DNA of 53,649 nucleotides from positions 1 to 53,649 of IMG/VR virus record IMGVR_UViG_3300038678_000209, one strand, 5' to 3'. Both the position numbers and the translations under genes were made by a program. Shown here in pieces: positions 26,887-36,799 of the stretch (positions are counted from its first letter, which is position 1; the number at the start of each line of letters is the position of its first letter). This DNA comes from a virus (lineage: Duplodnaviria; Caudoviricetes). The notes below the pieces were generated by a model. That model did no database searches, was not told the origin of the DNA, and saw only the letters and a program-made list of their open reading frames with translations.

Positions 26887-29564
26887 ACTTCGCTCCAGGT
26901 AGTCACGTCTTGGAGGAGCCGCTTGCGGAGGGCTACTCGCGCCGCGTGGTGCCGACGTTTCCGCTGCACGTCAACGGACGGCAAACTGCCCTGCTAGTTC
27001 TTGGGGAGGCGCCTGGCCGGCAAGAAGACGAGACTGGCGAGCCGTTTGTTGGGTGGTCGGGCCAATTGCTCCGTACTGCGTACATCGACTACTGGAAGCT
27101 GCAGGACCACGCGGATGTGTTCTTGTCCAATGCGGTGCGGTCTCGCCCGCCTGGCAATCGCACGCCTAAGCCGAAAGAGATTAAGGCGCACGCGGACATG
27201 CTCGTCCACGACGTGACCGAATTGCAGTCGGCGTACTCAGAGGTGTTCGTGTTGTGCGCTGGTGCGGTGGCGTGCCAAGCGCTGGGCATGGCCAAGACGC
27301 TCACCGCAGCATTCAAGAGCCAAGGCGGCACTCTGCCATTCGCGTCGGGGCACGTGCGCGCGTATGCCACGTTTCACCCAGCGTCCCTTGCAGACCGTAG
27401 CAAAAACAAACGGCGCCGGGGACCACGCCGTGCCCGCACCGACAAAGGACCAGCGCTGGAGTCGCACTTGTCACTCCTGAAGCGGGCGCTATCAGGCCAG
27501 GACCCACCCGTCAGGTCTGTGCATTGTGATGGTGGCCAGTACTGGCTTACTGCACCAGGCTCTCACTACTCAGCACCTAACATTCCGAAGGTGCTATGCT
27601 GTGACATTGAAACGTGGGGCTGTTTAGCCGGACACGAGCAATCGCAGTTTCATCCCCAGAAGATTCTACATTGGGATGACGTGCCACAGTCGGAAGTGCT
27701 AGTAAGTGCTGCTGTATCTTGGGAAGGCAGCGCAGGATTCTACGACTTATCGGACCCTCATCACCGGCAGAATCTTGTAAACATGTTCTATTGGGCTCAA
27801 GTAGACGGTTGTACGCTGCTGTTTCATAACCTTGCGTTTGATGTGCCGTTTCTGCGTTGGTTTTTGCCGGCGTGTGCTCGGTACTTAGAGCCGCCGACCA
27901 AGTTTGCCGACTTGATGATTGAATCGCACATGGTGGATGATTTGCGGCCCGAGCGTTCACTCAAAGCGTTGTCGCCGCTCATGCTTGGCCAGCGCGGACT
28001 GTACACTGATGAGCAGCGCGCGCTTGAATACATAGGACCAGACGACCCTGAGCTGGCGCGCTACAATGTGGCTGATGTAGAGCGCACTCTGGCGTGTTAC
28101 CATCGATGCCGCGAAGCGTTCCCGCGCATTTACGGTACAGGTACGAACAAAGGCTCGCCATACGCAGACGATTGGTCCTCCAAGGTGTTGCATCTTGTTA
28201 CGCACATGACCGAAGTCGGCATCCCGATTGACGAGTCTGGCCTGCGCGCTTTGGACGTGCGGCTGCGTGTCCGCTTGGAGCGCATCGAACGGCTAGCACA
28301 GAGCGTCTTGGGCTTTGTACTTTCGGGGAAGGGCTCCGACATTTCCAAGCGCTCGGCGGTATCGGATGCCGCAGCGCTGTGCCCAGACGATGTCGCTGCG
28401 CAAGTTGCGTTGACCAAAACCGGCAAGTTTCCCTACGATGAAGTTACACGCGCGTTGCTCATGCCTGAAATCCAAGGACGCACTGGCAATTCACCGCGGC
28501 AGGGGGCATGGCGCAAGCTGCACGTGTTGGGGCTGCACCAAGGCGTTGCTAAGCTCATCAACACGTACACGGCGCCGATGCTCAGGGGCCGCGTCAAGAA
28601 GAAAGCGACTAAGGAAACCAAGACAAAGCCAGCGCGCGAAGCAGTTATCAACCACGCACCGCGTGTCATTCACGGGCGCATCTACCCGACGTGGTACCCG
28701 GTGCCCCGCGAGTTTGGGGACACGGGCCAGTCGGGTGGTACGCGGCAGATACGGTTTGCAGCCAAGGACCCGTCCGTTCCGACGTTTCCGCCCTGCATTA
28801 AAGACCTGCTGCAAATTGACATCTGGGCCGACTACTCAGGTATCGAACTGCGCACGGCTGCGCTGATGTCCGGTGACCCGGTGATGATGGCCGAGCTGTC
28901 CGGCGACGACGGCGACTTGCATACCCGCACGGCGCGCGTTATCCTTGGGAACAAGTTTGTAGATGACAGGATCAAGATGTACGGCCCGAAGGCGTGGAAA
29001 GGTGGCAAACACCGCTATGCTGGTAAGCGCACCAATTTTCTCATGCTCTACCTGGGAGGTGCAGACAAGCTGCAAGCTACACTCTTAGACGCGCTTGGGG
29101 AGAACTACCCGGTGTCCCGGTGCCAGCAGATCATTACCGACTTTTGGGCCGTGTACCTTGGACTGCGTGCTTTTCTTGACGGTGTGATTGACTTCGTTCG
29201 TCGCAAGGGCTATTATGAATTACCGCTGACGGGTCACTCGCGCTTGTTCGATCGGCACAACCCGCCGATCAACGAGTGTGCAAACTTCCCGTTTCAAGCG
29301 ACGGCGGCTGCCATCACAATTTGTGCTCAGTACGAGCTGTGGCAACTGGCGCGGTCAGAAGGTGTGGGGATGAACTGTGGCTGTAACATCTATGATGCTG
29401 TCGGAATCGAGCTGCACGCCCGCGAGCGCCGGCTGCACGGAACGCAGCGTGCTCGTGCTCTCATCGATCGCGCGCTCCCCAAGCCGTCGTACTACAGAGA
29501 CTTGTGTTCCCACTTGGGACGAACCTTACCCCTAGCCTACGAAGTAAAGGAACCAAAACGATGA
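26883..29564 (+). CDS. polA: Family A DNA polymerase with N-terminal family-4 uracil-DNA glycosylase-like domain and 3'-5' exonuclease
   Basis: UDG: GEAPGRQED..GEPFVGWSG, NAVRSRPPGNRTP, TFHPA. Exonuclease: CDIET, FHNLAFD, YNVADV. Polymerase: ADYSGIELR (A), RYAGKRTNFLMLY (B), NIYDAV (C). Confidence 0.92.
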   Translation: MNFAPGSHVLEEPLAEGYSRRVVPTFPLHVNGRQTALLVLGEAPGRQEDETGEPFVGWSGQLLRTAYIDYWKLQDHADVFLSNAVRSRPPGNRTPKPKEIKAHADMLVHDVTELQSAYSEVFVLCAGAVACQALGMAKTLTAAFKSQGGTLPFASGHVRAYATFHPASLADRSKNKRRRGPRRARTDKGPALESHLSLLKRALSGQDPPVRSVHCDGGQYWLTAPGSHYSAPNIPKVLCCDIETWGCLAGHEQSQFHPQKILHWDDVPQSEVLVSAAVSWEGSAGFYDLSDPHHRQNLVNMFYWAQVDGCTLLFHNLAFDVPFLRWFLPACARYLEPPTKFADLMIESHMVDDLRPERSLKALSPLMLGQRGLYTDEQRALEYIGPDDPELARYNVADVERTLACYHRCREAFPRIYGTGTNKGSPYADDWSSKVLHLVTHMTEVGIPIDESGLRALDVRLRVRLERIERLAQSVLGFVLSGKGSDISKRSAVSDAAALCPDDVAAQVALTKTGKFPYDEVTRALLMPEIQGRTGNSPRQGAWRKLHVLGLHQGVAKLINTYTAPMLRGRVKKKATKETKTKPAREAVINHAPRVIHGRIYPTWYPVPREFGDTGQSGGTRQIRFAAKDPSVPTFPPCIKDLLQIDIWADYSGIELRTAALMSGDPVMMAELSGDDGDLHTRTARVILGNKFVDDRIKMYGPKAWKGGKHRYAGKRTNFLMLYLGGADKLQATLLDALGENYPVSRCQQIITDFWAVYLGLRAFLDGVIDFVRRKGYYELPLTGHSRLFDRHNPPINECANFPFQATAAAITICAQYELWQLARSEGVGMNCGCNIYDAVGIELHARERRLHGTQRARALIDRALPKPSYYRDLCSHLGRTLPLAYEVKEPKR

Positions 29565-30409
29565 AAGATAAGCTCGTAATCTACCATGCCAACTGCCCCG
29601 ACGGATTCACCGGGGCGTGGCTCCTGTGGCGTGCATTCGGCGACGATGGCGTTCAATACTGCCCAGCCAATTACGGGGATGATCCGCCTGACGTTGCGGG
29701 AAAGGACGTGTACATTGTAGATTTTTCGTACCCGCGAAACGTGTTGCAAGATATGTACTCCAAGGCGGCATCCCTCCAGGTGTGGGACCACCACAAGACC
29801 GCTGAAAAAAACTGCCGTGGACTTAACTTCTGTACCTTCGATATGAACCGCTGTGGATCGCGTCTTCTGTTCGAGACCTTCATCTGCGACAACTACCCGC
29901 TTATCTATGCGCATGACAAAGCGCAAGAGTTTGTGCGGTACATCGACGATAATGACCGCGGGGTTAGAAACGCGTACAAGACGGACAATGTCCGAGCGGC
30001 GTACCTCGCAACGCCGTTTGAGTTTCCTCAGTGGGGCGCCCTTGTCGCACGGGGCGTGGGCGAATGGGTTAGTCGCGGCAGGCAGATTCTTGATTACCAA
30101 CAATTGCTCATTGACCAGCACGCGTGTACAGTTACGCGTAGGTTGTTTCTGGCCCGTGAGTTCTTCATCAAGATTCCAATTGTCAATTTGACTTGCAAGC
30201 ACATCATTTCTCCGCTGCTTGGGGAGCTAGCAGAGCACGCACCGTTTGCTGCTGCGTTCTGGTTCGATGGCAAGCAATGGACCTTTTCGTTGCGTTCTCG
30301 CAAAGGGGGTACTGACGTATCTGAAGTCGCACGGGGGTTTGGCGGCGGTGGGCACAAAAACGCAGCCGGCTTCCGCGTAGAGAACCTTTCCGACGCGGTA
30401 CAACTATGA
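29561..30409 (+). CDS. DHH/DHHA1 phosphoesterase
   Basis: YHANCPDG, IVDFSY, WDHHKT, FSLRS, GGGGHKNAAGF. Confidence 0.9.
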   Translation: MKDKLVIYHANCPDGFTGAWLLWRAFGDDGVQYCPANYGDDPPDVAGKDVYIVDFSYPRNVLQDMYSKAASLQVWDHHKTAEKNCRGLNFCTFDMNRCGSRLLFETFICDNYPLIYAHDKAQEFVRYIDDNDRGVRNAYKTDNVRAAYLATPFEFPQWGALVARGVGEWVSRGRQILDYQQLLIDQHACTVTRRLFLAREFFIKIPIVNLTCKHIISPLLGELAEHAPFAAAFWFDGKQWTFSLRSRKGGTDVSEVARGFGGGGHKNAAGFRVENLSDAVQL

Positions 30410-30567
30410 GCCACGTAGTGACAGTATTGTTGATAGTCGCCTATGTCGCGTTGACGGCTATCTGCGCGGTTGAAAAGCGGTGGCCTGTGTGCCTATACTG
30501 GGTTGGGGCCGCAATCGTGACAGGCGGCGTATTGTGGATGAGCACCCGTATGGAGATTTCAAAGTGA
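30406..30567 (+). CDS. 53-aa two-TM membrane protein (below the ORF-track cutoff)
   Basis: ATGA and GTGA overlaps with both neighbours. Two hydrophobic helices. Confidence 0.55.
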   Translation: MSHVVTVLLIVAYVALTAICAVEKRWPVCLYWVGAAIVTGGVLWMSTRMEISK

Positions 30568-31796
30568 GTAAGACAATCGAAGACCGTGTTATCGACTGGA
30601 TTAGCCGCCACGGCAACAAGGGCACTGCGCCCCGCGATTTGGTCGCTTCCCGCATTGTGCCCAGCGCCATTAATGCAAATTTGATACTCAAGCGGCTATC
30701 CGCAACGGAGCGTGGAACGTGGAAAGGTAAGAAGTTCTATCTGCTCAGCTCACAGGTACGCGACGGGACCGACTTAGACACCCGCGACCCGCGGTTCCGC
30801 TCCGACTTGCTGCGGCTTCTGCGCAGGCCCACCACGATCAAGCAACTAGGTTCTAAGCTGTGCATTCATGCTACCGACGTGGAACAGGCTTTAACTGATT
30901 TGGAGGGGTCAGGTTACATCGTCGAGCGCATCGGCCAGCGCGTTACGTTGGGAACTGCGGTGCCTGAAAGTGCCCGTCGCATTGTACGCGCCAACCATTT
31001 CATCGACAAGCCAGTGAAGTTTGGTATAGTTGCCGATATGCACTTGTGCTCTAAATCCCAGCGGCTTGACGTTCTCGAAGCTGCTTACGATGAGTTTGCT
31101 GCACAAGGTATTGACACGGTATTGTGTCCCGGTAACTATGTCGACGGTGAAGCGCGATTCAACCGCCACGAATTGTACGCTCATGGAATTGCAGACCAGT
31201 GCCAGTATTGCATCGACCATTGGCCGCAGCGCAAGGGTATCAAGACGTTCTATATCGATGGGGACTGCCATGAAGGATGGTATCTTACGCGTGAGGGAAT
31301 TGAATTTGGCCGGTACCTCATGTTGGAGGCGCAGCGACAAGGTCGGGAAGACCTTATATACCTCGGGTCAATGGAAGCGGACATTGAGCTGAAAGCGCCG
31401 AAAGGCTCTGCGGTTATCAAGATCATGCACCCTGGCGGCGGTACAGCTTACGCTATTTCATACGCAGTCCAGAAGCTCGCTGAGAGCTACCAGGGGGGAG
31501 AGAAACCCGCAGTCGCAATTGTAGGCCACTACCACAAATTCGAGTATTCGTTTCCGCGTTCAATCCACATGCTGCAACCGGGTTGCTGCCAAGACCAAAC
31601 GCGATTCATGCGTAAGCTCAAGCTCGCAGCGCACGTCGGCTTCTCCACTATAGAGTTGCAGCAGGACGTTGGCGGTTCAATCACGCGCTTTACCCCAACC
31701 TTCTTCCCGTTTTGGGACCGCGGCTACTACCTGTCCCGTGACGGGCAAGCTGCCGCGGCGCGGCTCCAACGCAAAACCAAGGCACGTCGCAAATGA
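30564..31796 (+). CDS. wHTH plus calcineurin-like metallophosphoesterase
   Basis: ADMH, GNYVDG, GDCHE, MHPGGG, GHYHK motifs and an N-terminal HTH-like segment. The GTG start at 30564 has a GGAG RBS. Confidence 0.85.
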   Translation: MSKTIEDRVIDWISRHGNKGTAPRDLVASRIVPSAINANLILKRLSATERGTWKGKKFYLLSSQVRDGTDLDTRDPRFRSDLLRLLRRPTTIKQLGSKLCIHATDVEQALTDLEGSGYIVERIGQRVTLGTAVPESARRIVRANHFIDKPVKFGIVADMHLCSKSQRLDVLEAAYDEFAAQGIDTVLCPGNYVDGEARFNRHELYAHGIADQCQYCIDHWPQRKGIKTFYIDGDCHEGWYLTREGIEFGRYLMLEAQRQGREDLIYLGSMEADIELKAPKGSAVIKIMHPGGGTAYAISYAVQKLAESYQGGEKPAVAIVGHYHKFEYSFPRSIHMLQPGCCQDQTRFMRKLKLAAHVGFSTIELQQDVGGSITRFTPTFFPFWDRGYYLSRDGQAAAARLQRKTKARRK

Positions 31797-31984
31797 TAAG
31801 GGTGTTTGTAGACGAGTTGGACGACGCGAATGGGGACCAACCCTACGAGGAGTCTCCCAATGTGTGGATTTGCCGCCGGTGCTCTGCGGAAATCTACCAC
31901 CGCGATTCGCTATGCCGCTTTTGCAAATGCGCCGACACGGCGGCCCGCAAATTCGGGCTCCTGGAGGAACCAGACGATGAGTAA
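31793..31984 (+). CDS. Small Zn-ribbon protein
   Basis: WICRRC...CRFC. ATGA overlap. Confidence 0.55.
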   Translation: MIRVFVDELDDANGDQPYEESPNVWICRRCSAEIYHRDSLCRFCKCADTAARKFGLLEEPDDE

Positions 31985-32483
31985 GGGTTCACATGTCCGG
32001 CCGTACAACAGAAAGAAGTTTGGCAAAGAATACGATCGTATTTTCGGCGTTAAGGAACTTAACGTATGGGAGGATGCGCCGCCAAAAGGGGAGGATGAAG
32101 AATCTTGCCCAGGATGTGGGGGATCGGGTTGTCTAGAAGGACCCAACCACTGCCCCTGCCGAGAAGAGGACGCAAATGGAATTCAAGGGGACACCGGAGA
32201 CGGAACGCGCGATTGGTCAGACGGTGGACGCATTGCTTACGTGCCCCAAGAGCCGGGAGGAGCACCTGATTCGCAAGCTGCGGAGCCTGTGGAATCGCCG
32301 CCTCGCGGAAATCGCCAAGCACCGCTCGACCTGCACCCTCTCGACACCGCCTATTGGATTTACTCCGGCTACCGCGGCGAGTTCAACTGTCCCCACGGAG
32401 TTGGACACGGCAACCACATCCACGGCTGCTGCCACAAGCACTGCTGCACGCGAGACGACTTCCCCCTGCGAAAGGATAAGTAA
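31977..32483 (+). CDS. Cys/His-rich hypothetical protein
   Basis: GGAGG RBS. CPGCGGSGC and C-terminal CPHGVGH..HGCC...CC. Confidence 0.55.
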   Translation: MSKGSHVRPYNRKKFGKEYDRIFGVKELNVWEDAPPKGEDEESCPGCGGSGCLEGPNHCPCREEDANGIQGDTGDGTRDWSDGGRIAYVPQEPGGAPDSQAAEPVESPPRGNRQAPLDLHPLDTAYWIYSGYRGEFNCPHGVGHGNHIHGCCHKHCCTRDDFPLRKDK

Positions 32484-32710
32484 TGCAGAAGAAACGCCAA
32501 CGCAAGATGTCCGGTAGGCGCCGCGCCGTTGTTGCCACGCGCAAGGCCGAAGTTGCCGAGCTGAAAGACGCGCGGTTCGCCGAAATCGCCGACATGATTG
32601 CTGGGCGCCTTGAACCCTGCATCGAGTTGCTAGTCAAAGCTGAAGTCGCCAAGGCGATAGCTGGTCTATACAAGTGCCAGCTCCCGTTGGAGGAGGCTTC
32701 TGGTGAGTAG
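32483..32710 (+). CDS. Small hypothetical protein
   Basis: AAGGA RBS, TAATG coupling. Confidence 0.55.
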   Translation: MQKKRQRKMSGRRRAVVATRKAEVAELKDARFAEIADMIAGRLEPCIELLVKAEVAKAIAGLYKCQLPLEEASGE

Positions 32711-32921
32711 CTGCGAAAAATGTTGGCGGGATGCGCACCGCAGCTCTGACCTAGATGTCGCCGACGAGTACCGTCGTCTCATGGAAGAACGGCACTCTAA
32801 TCCTTGCACACCCGAAGAGCAAGCCGGCCTAGACGCTACGGAGTGCCCGTGCTGCGGTCGCAAAACTATCCACCAACACACACAGGAGCCCATGTGCGGA
32901 TGCAAACTGCTACAGTTATAA
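32703..32921 (+). CDS. Small Cys-rich protein
   Basis: GGAGG RBS. CEKCW...CTPEEQAG...CPCC. Confidence 0.6.
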   Translation: MSSCEKCWRDAHRSSDLDVADEYRRLMEERHSNPCTPEEQAGLDATECPCCGRKTIHQHTQEPMCGCKLLQL

Positions 32922-33502
32922 TTGACTCGCGGGAGGACCCGCACTGGCGCTTGCCGTTTCCAGACCACGTTAAGGTCCACCCGCAGCGGTCCCGTAACCC
33001 GGTCATCATAAAAATCAAAAAGCGAGTTGACAAACTCGATGCCGGAGACTATTGTTTAGACGGGCACGCAAGTCGGTGTTTGGTCGAGACCAAGCGGTCG
33101 GCCCGTGAGCTGGCGGGCAACTTGCTCACTGACGACTTCCGCCGGGCCAACGCAGCTTTTGAGAAGCTTTCTTGTGCGACCGCGTTTCCGCTGCTGGTCT
33201 GCGAGTTTAGCCAAGCTGACTTACTCACCGAAGCAGAAGACGGCCGCGTGATGGACGCACTCGCCTGGTGCATCGCACGCCACCGCTTGAACGTGTGGTT
33301 TGCTGGCCCGCGGGGTGCCAAAGACGCACGCCGCAAAACCGCTGAATGTGCCTTACGTTTGATGCTTGAACTGTCTAATTGGGAGGAACCGCCGTGCAAA
33401 AACTCACCGAACAACAAGTCCGACACTGGATCAACTCTATCGTTAGCCACGAAGGTCCCGAAGACGGCGAGCACGCAATCTCGCCAGTTGCCCGATTTGT
33501 AA
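32900..33502 (+). CDS. ERCC4-type nuclease (putative resolvase)
   Basis: IIDSRE...LDAGDY...VETKRS..EL. The ATG at 32900 has an AGGAG RBS. Confidence 0.8.
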   Translation: MQTATVIIDSREDPHWRLPFPDHVKVHPQRSRNPVIIKIKKRVDKLDAGDYCLDGHASRCLVETKRSARELAGNLLTDDFRRANAAFEKLSCATAFPLLVCEFSQADLLTEAEDGRVMDALAWCIARHRLNVWFAGPRGAKDARRKTAECALRLMLELSNWEEPPCKNSPNNKSDTGSTLSLATKVPKTASTQSRQLPDL

Positions 33503-33675
33503 CCTGCGCGCTCGCGGATGTACCTTACGTGGAGACATACAATGCGCTGGAACTCATCCGCAACAGCAACAGCCTGCGTAAGTTCCGCGCGTTTCTGGAT
33601 GAAGTTGTGCGGGTCATGGACGACTGCGACATACAGCCTTGGCCCGCCGCCAACGAACAGGAGAAGTCCACATGA
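33394..33675 (+). CDS. Hypothetical protein
   Basis: GGAGGA RBS before the GTG at 33394. Overlaps the 3' end of the ERCC4 gene. Confidence 0.5.
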   Translation: MQKLTEQQVRHWINSIVSHEGPEDGEHAISPVARFVTCALADVPYVETYNALELIRNSNSLRKFRAFLDEVVRVMDDCDIQPWPAANEQEKST

Positions 33676-34226
33676 TACCGTCTTGTGGTCACGGAACACT
33701 CGTCGCGGACGGCACATGTCCAGAGTGCAACGCGGAATTCGCGCGAATCCAACAGTGCGATTTGGATTCGATGGTTACGGGCTCCAGCGACACCAAGCCG
33801 ACAAACCCCAAAGATCGCGCAGCCACGTCGCGACTGGACTTGAGCCTGTTCCCGGCGACGGCCCGCGCCTACGGGGCGCTTGCCATGACAGAGGGGCATT
33901 TGAAGTATGGCGGCTACAACTACCGAGAAGCAGGCGTACTGGCGTCGATCTATTACGCCGCTGCGGGCCGCCACTTGGACAAGTGGTTCAATGGTCAAAC
34001 GTGCGATCCCAAAACGGGTATTCCCCACCTCGCCAACGCTCTTGCCTGCATTGCGGTCCTCATCGATGCAGTGGAGTGCGCCAAATTGAATGATGATCGG
34101 CCCCCGCGCTGCAATATGGACAACATACTCCAATGGGCCGAACAGCGCGTAATCGGGTTACAAGAGCTGTTTCCTAGCGGCCCCGCGCGCTACACTCACG
34201 CGGCCAACTCAGGAGACCCAACGTGA
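33672..34226 (+). CDS. dATP/dGTP diphosphohydrolase-domain protein (DUF5664-like)
   Basis: TKPTNPKD...RLDLSL.P...AMTEG..KYG.YNYR...SIYY.A..RHL..WFNG...DP.TG.PHLA.ALAC. Confidence 0.82.
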   Translation: MIPSCGHGTLVADGTCPECNAEFARIQQCDLDSMVTGSSDTKPTNPKDRAATSRLDLSLFPATARAYGALAMTEGHLKYGGYNYREAGVLASIYYAAAGRHLDKWFNGQTCDPKTGIPHLANALACIAVLIDAVECAKLNDDRPPRCNMDNILQWAEQRVIGLQELFPSGPARYTHAANSGDPT

Positions 34227-35284
34227 TCTCTGACCTTTCCAAGATGACGGAAGTGCGGGAGGTTCCGCTGCGGTCCACGTTCATGTCGGACTCTGAGCGC
34301 TGCCCCCGCTACGCCTTGCTGCGCCACCGCGCCGGGCTGGTCCCGCGTGGTCACACGTCCGACGCGCGCTTCCGCGGGGACATCATGCACAAGATCGTTG
34401 CCGAGGTCCTCCGTGGCAAGACGCAGGAGCAAGCAGAGAGTGCTGCCCATACTCGCCTGACCGAAACATCACAGAGCATCGTCGATTCGCTCACAGACTC
34501 CGGCTACACGCCCGCGGGCAAGACCCCCGAGGAAGCGATCAAAAGCCTAGAGACCGAGACCAAGGTCGCCATTGCCATGTCCCGCGCCTACTGTAAGTTC
34601 TTCGGCATCCGCGCTGGCTCAGCCAACGTTCTTGTAGATCACGACGGCAAAATCGTCCACAACTCGCTACCTGTTTATGTAACTTGTATAGAACGCTTCG
34701 TCGGACATCACTTGTCTGAATGTAGTGAAGCGGGGGCTCTAGACGCGGTCTTGATAGACGAACCCAAGCGGAACCTGTATGTACTCGACCATAAAACCAG
34801 CGGACGAGACGGGGTACAGTATATACGGACCCTCCCGCTTGCTGCCCAGACGTTGTTATATCCGCGCCTAGCTGCCACCTTGTGCGCAGAGACAGACTTA
34901 CAGATTGCCGGAATCATCTACAACGTAATCCGCACGCCGACCATCCGTTGCTGCAAAACGGACGACAACGACCTTGACAAGTACGCTGCGCGCGTAGAGC
35001 AATGGTACGAAGACAACCTTGACACTACTATGGCACAAACAATCATTTGTCCCTCGCCGGAGTTGAAGATACTCTCGGTACAGCGGCACGAACGCGCTGC
35101 GGGGTACTGCACAGCGCCCCCACTGCTGGAGAACTTCCCGGCTTGTGGAGGAGCTGCTTGCCATGCCTACAACAGCTTATGTGCCTACATAGGGTTATGT
35201 ACTTTGGACACTAGTCTCTGGCCAGAACAATTGGCGCGCTTCGATAAGGACTTCCGCGATGACGAGCCTACAGTGGGCAACTAG
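34223..35284 (+). CDS. PD-(D/E)XK (RecB/Cas4-like) exonuclease
   Basis: N-terminal CPRY, RG..MH, GALDAV, VLDHKT, QTLLY, C-terminal Cys cluster. Confidence 0.82.
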   Translation: MISDLSKMTEVREVPLRSTFMSDSERCPRYALLRHRAGLVPRGHTSDARFRGDIMHKIVAEVLRGKTQEQAESAAHTRLTETSQSIVDSLTDSGYTPAGKTPEEAIKSLETETKVAIAMSRAYCKFFGIRAGSANVLVDHDGKIVHNSLPVYVTCIERFVGHHLSECSEAGALDAVLIDEPKRNLYVLDHKTSGRDGVQYIRTLPLAAQTLLYPRLAATLCAETDLQIAGIIYNVIRTPTIRCCKTDDNDLDKYAARVEQWYEDNLDTTMAQTIICPSPELKILSVQRHERAAGYCTAPPLLENFPACGGAACHAYNSLCAYIGLCTLDTSLWPEQLARFDKDFRDDEPTVGN

Positions 35285-35798
35285 TAAGCCTATACCAACT
35301 TTGCCGGGATACCGTGCTACAAGTGACGGCACCGTGTGGTCTAGTCGATGTTGCGGCGTTGGACCTGGGAATTGGCGTGCAGCCTTGTGCCCTGAAGAGT
35401 GGAAACAAATCTGCGGCAGCATCAACAAGGGATACCTACGCGCTGAGTTTCAATTGAACGGTCAGCCAACGCGCCGTCATCTGCACCAAGTGATCTGCGA
35501 AGCATTCCACGGACTGCGACCTGGTCTGAATCCTTTTTGGCAGGCAGCGCATAAAAACGGCGACCATTTCGATAACCGCCCCGTAAATCTGTATTGGGCC
35601 ACTGCCAAAGAGAACATGGCAGATCAGTACCGTCATGGCACCCGTGTTTCCAAGTTGACTGAAGAACATGTGCGTGAAATCTTACAATCGACGGATGGAC
35701 CTACCAAATTGGCTGTGCGGTTTGGCGTATCCGTTCCTACCGTTTGCAACATCCGAGCAGGACGCAAATGGAAACGTTTGAAAGGAATCCAACAATGA
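35259..35798 (+). CDS. NUMOD4-like/HNH homing endonuclease
   Basis: PGYRATSDGTVWS, HLHQVICEAFHG, HKNGD..DNR..NLYWAT.KEN, C-terminal HTH. Confidence 0.88.
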   Translation: MTSLQWATSKPIPTLPGYRATSDGTVWSSRCCGVGPGNWRAALCPEEWKQICGSINKGYLRAEFQLNGQPTRRHLHQVICEAFHGLRPGLNPFWQAAHKNGDHFDNRPVNLYWATAKENMADQYRHGTRVSKLTEEHVREILQSTDGPTKLAVRFGVSVPTVCNIRAGRKWKRLKGIQQ

Positions 35799-36757
35799 CG
35801 ACGACCCAAAGCGTTACGAACGTAATGACCAAGCGCGCGGTGAAGTTGCCCGCTGCGCTTACCGGCAAGATGAGGGTGTGCGCGCCGTTTGAGGCACCGG
35901 ACCTGGACTCGTTGTTCCTCGTGATCCAGGGGCGCCCTGGCTGCGGCAAGTCCTCATTGGTCGCATCCAACCCGCGCTGCCTCTTCTTCGATCTGGAGAA
36001 GAACGCAGGTACAGTAATCGACCCTGCCGCCGAGCGCGTCCAGGTGCGGCCCACATCGACTACCGCAGCCAAGGATATTCGCGCCGGTGTGGATGGCTTC
36101 TTGTCCGCTTACCGCACTGACACTGCGCTTCGCGGGGCCATTTCCACAATCGCGTTCGACTCATACGATCGCCTTGTGGAGATTTTCCTCCGAGACCTGT
36201 GCCGCGAACACAACCTGGAAGACGCCGGCGAGTACAAGACCGGCCACGGCAAAGGCTACTTCAAGGTCCGCGATGAGCTATTTGATATGTTCGAGCGCAT
36301 CCTGCAAGCCGGGTTGGGTGTCGTGCTTACGGCCCACTTGGGGCCACAAGACATTCGTATCCCCGGCAAGAGCGAACCAGAAACACACATCACGCTTTCA
36401 GTGTCTAAGACATTCCGCAACACACTCGTGCGCACCCGGCATATGATGTTTCGTATAGAGTGCCAGCCCGTTATGGTTACCAAGACGACTGCCGCTGGCG
36501 TCAAGATCAAGTTGCCGTCCAACGATCCGTCAGCATGTGAGTACGTGCTTATTACTAACACGTCCACCCATGCCAACGACTTCGACTCGCCCAAGTCGTC
36601 AGTTCCAATTGATTCCAAGTTAGTCATCCCAGCAGCGGGTTGCTGGCAGGCGCTTCGGGATGCCTACACGGGCGCCGTAGAAAAACGAAGAAACCAGAGC
36701 CGTGCCCTTGACACCACAGCTCCCAAAGGCAATAATCAAACAGGAGCGCGCGAGTAG
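35795..36757 (+). CDS. AAA_24/Sak4-like ATPase (single-strand annealing)
   Basis: GRPGCGKS, FDLE, TIAFDS, VVLTAH. Lies between the exonuclease and SSB genes. Confidence 0.8.
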   Translation: MTTTQSVTNVMTKRAVKLPAALTGKMRVCAPFEAPDLDSLFLVIQGRPGCGKSSLVASNPRCLFFDLEKNAGTVIDPAAERVQVRPTSTTAAKDIRAGVDGFLSAYRTDTALRGAISTIAFDSYDRLVEIFLRDLCREHNLEDAGEYKTGHGKGYFKVRDELFDMFERILQAGLGVVLTAHLGPQDIRIPGKSEPETHITLSVSKTFRNTLVRTRHMMFRIECQPVMVTKTTAAGVKIKLPSNDPSACEYVLITNTSTHANDFDSPKSSVPIDSKLVIPAAGCWQALRDAYTGAVEKRRNQSRALDTTAPKGNNQTGARE

Positions 36758-36799
36758 CCGCTCCGTCCGTCAGTCAGTTACAGCAAGAGGAGAGTTTCA

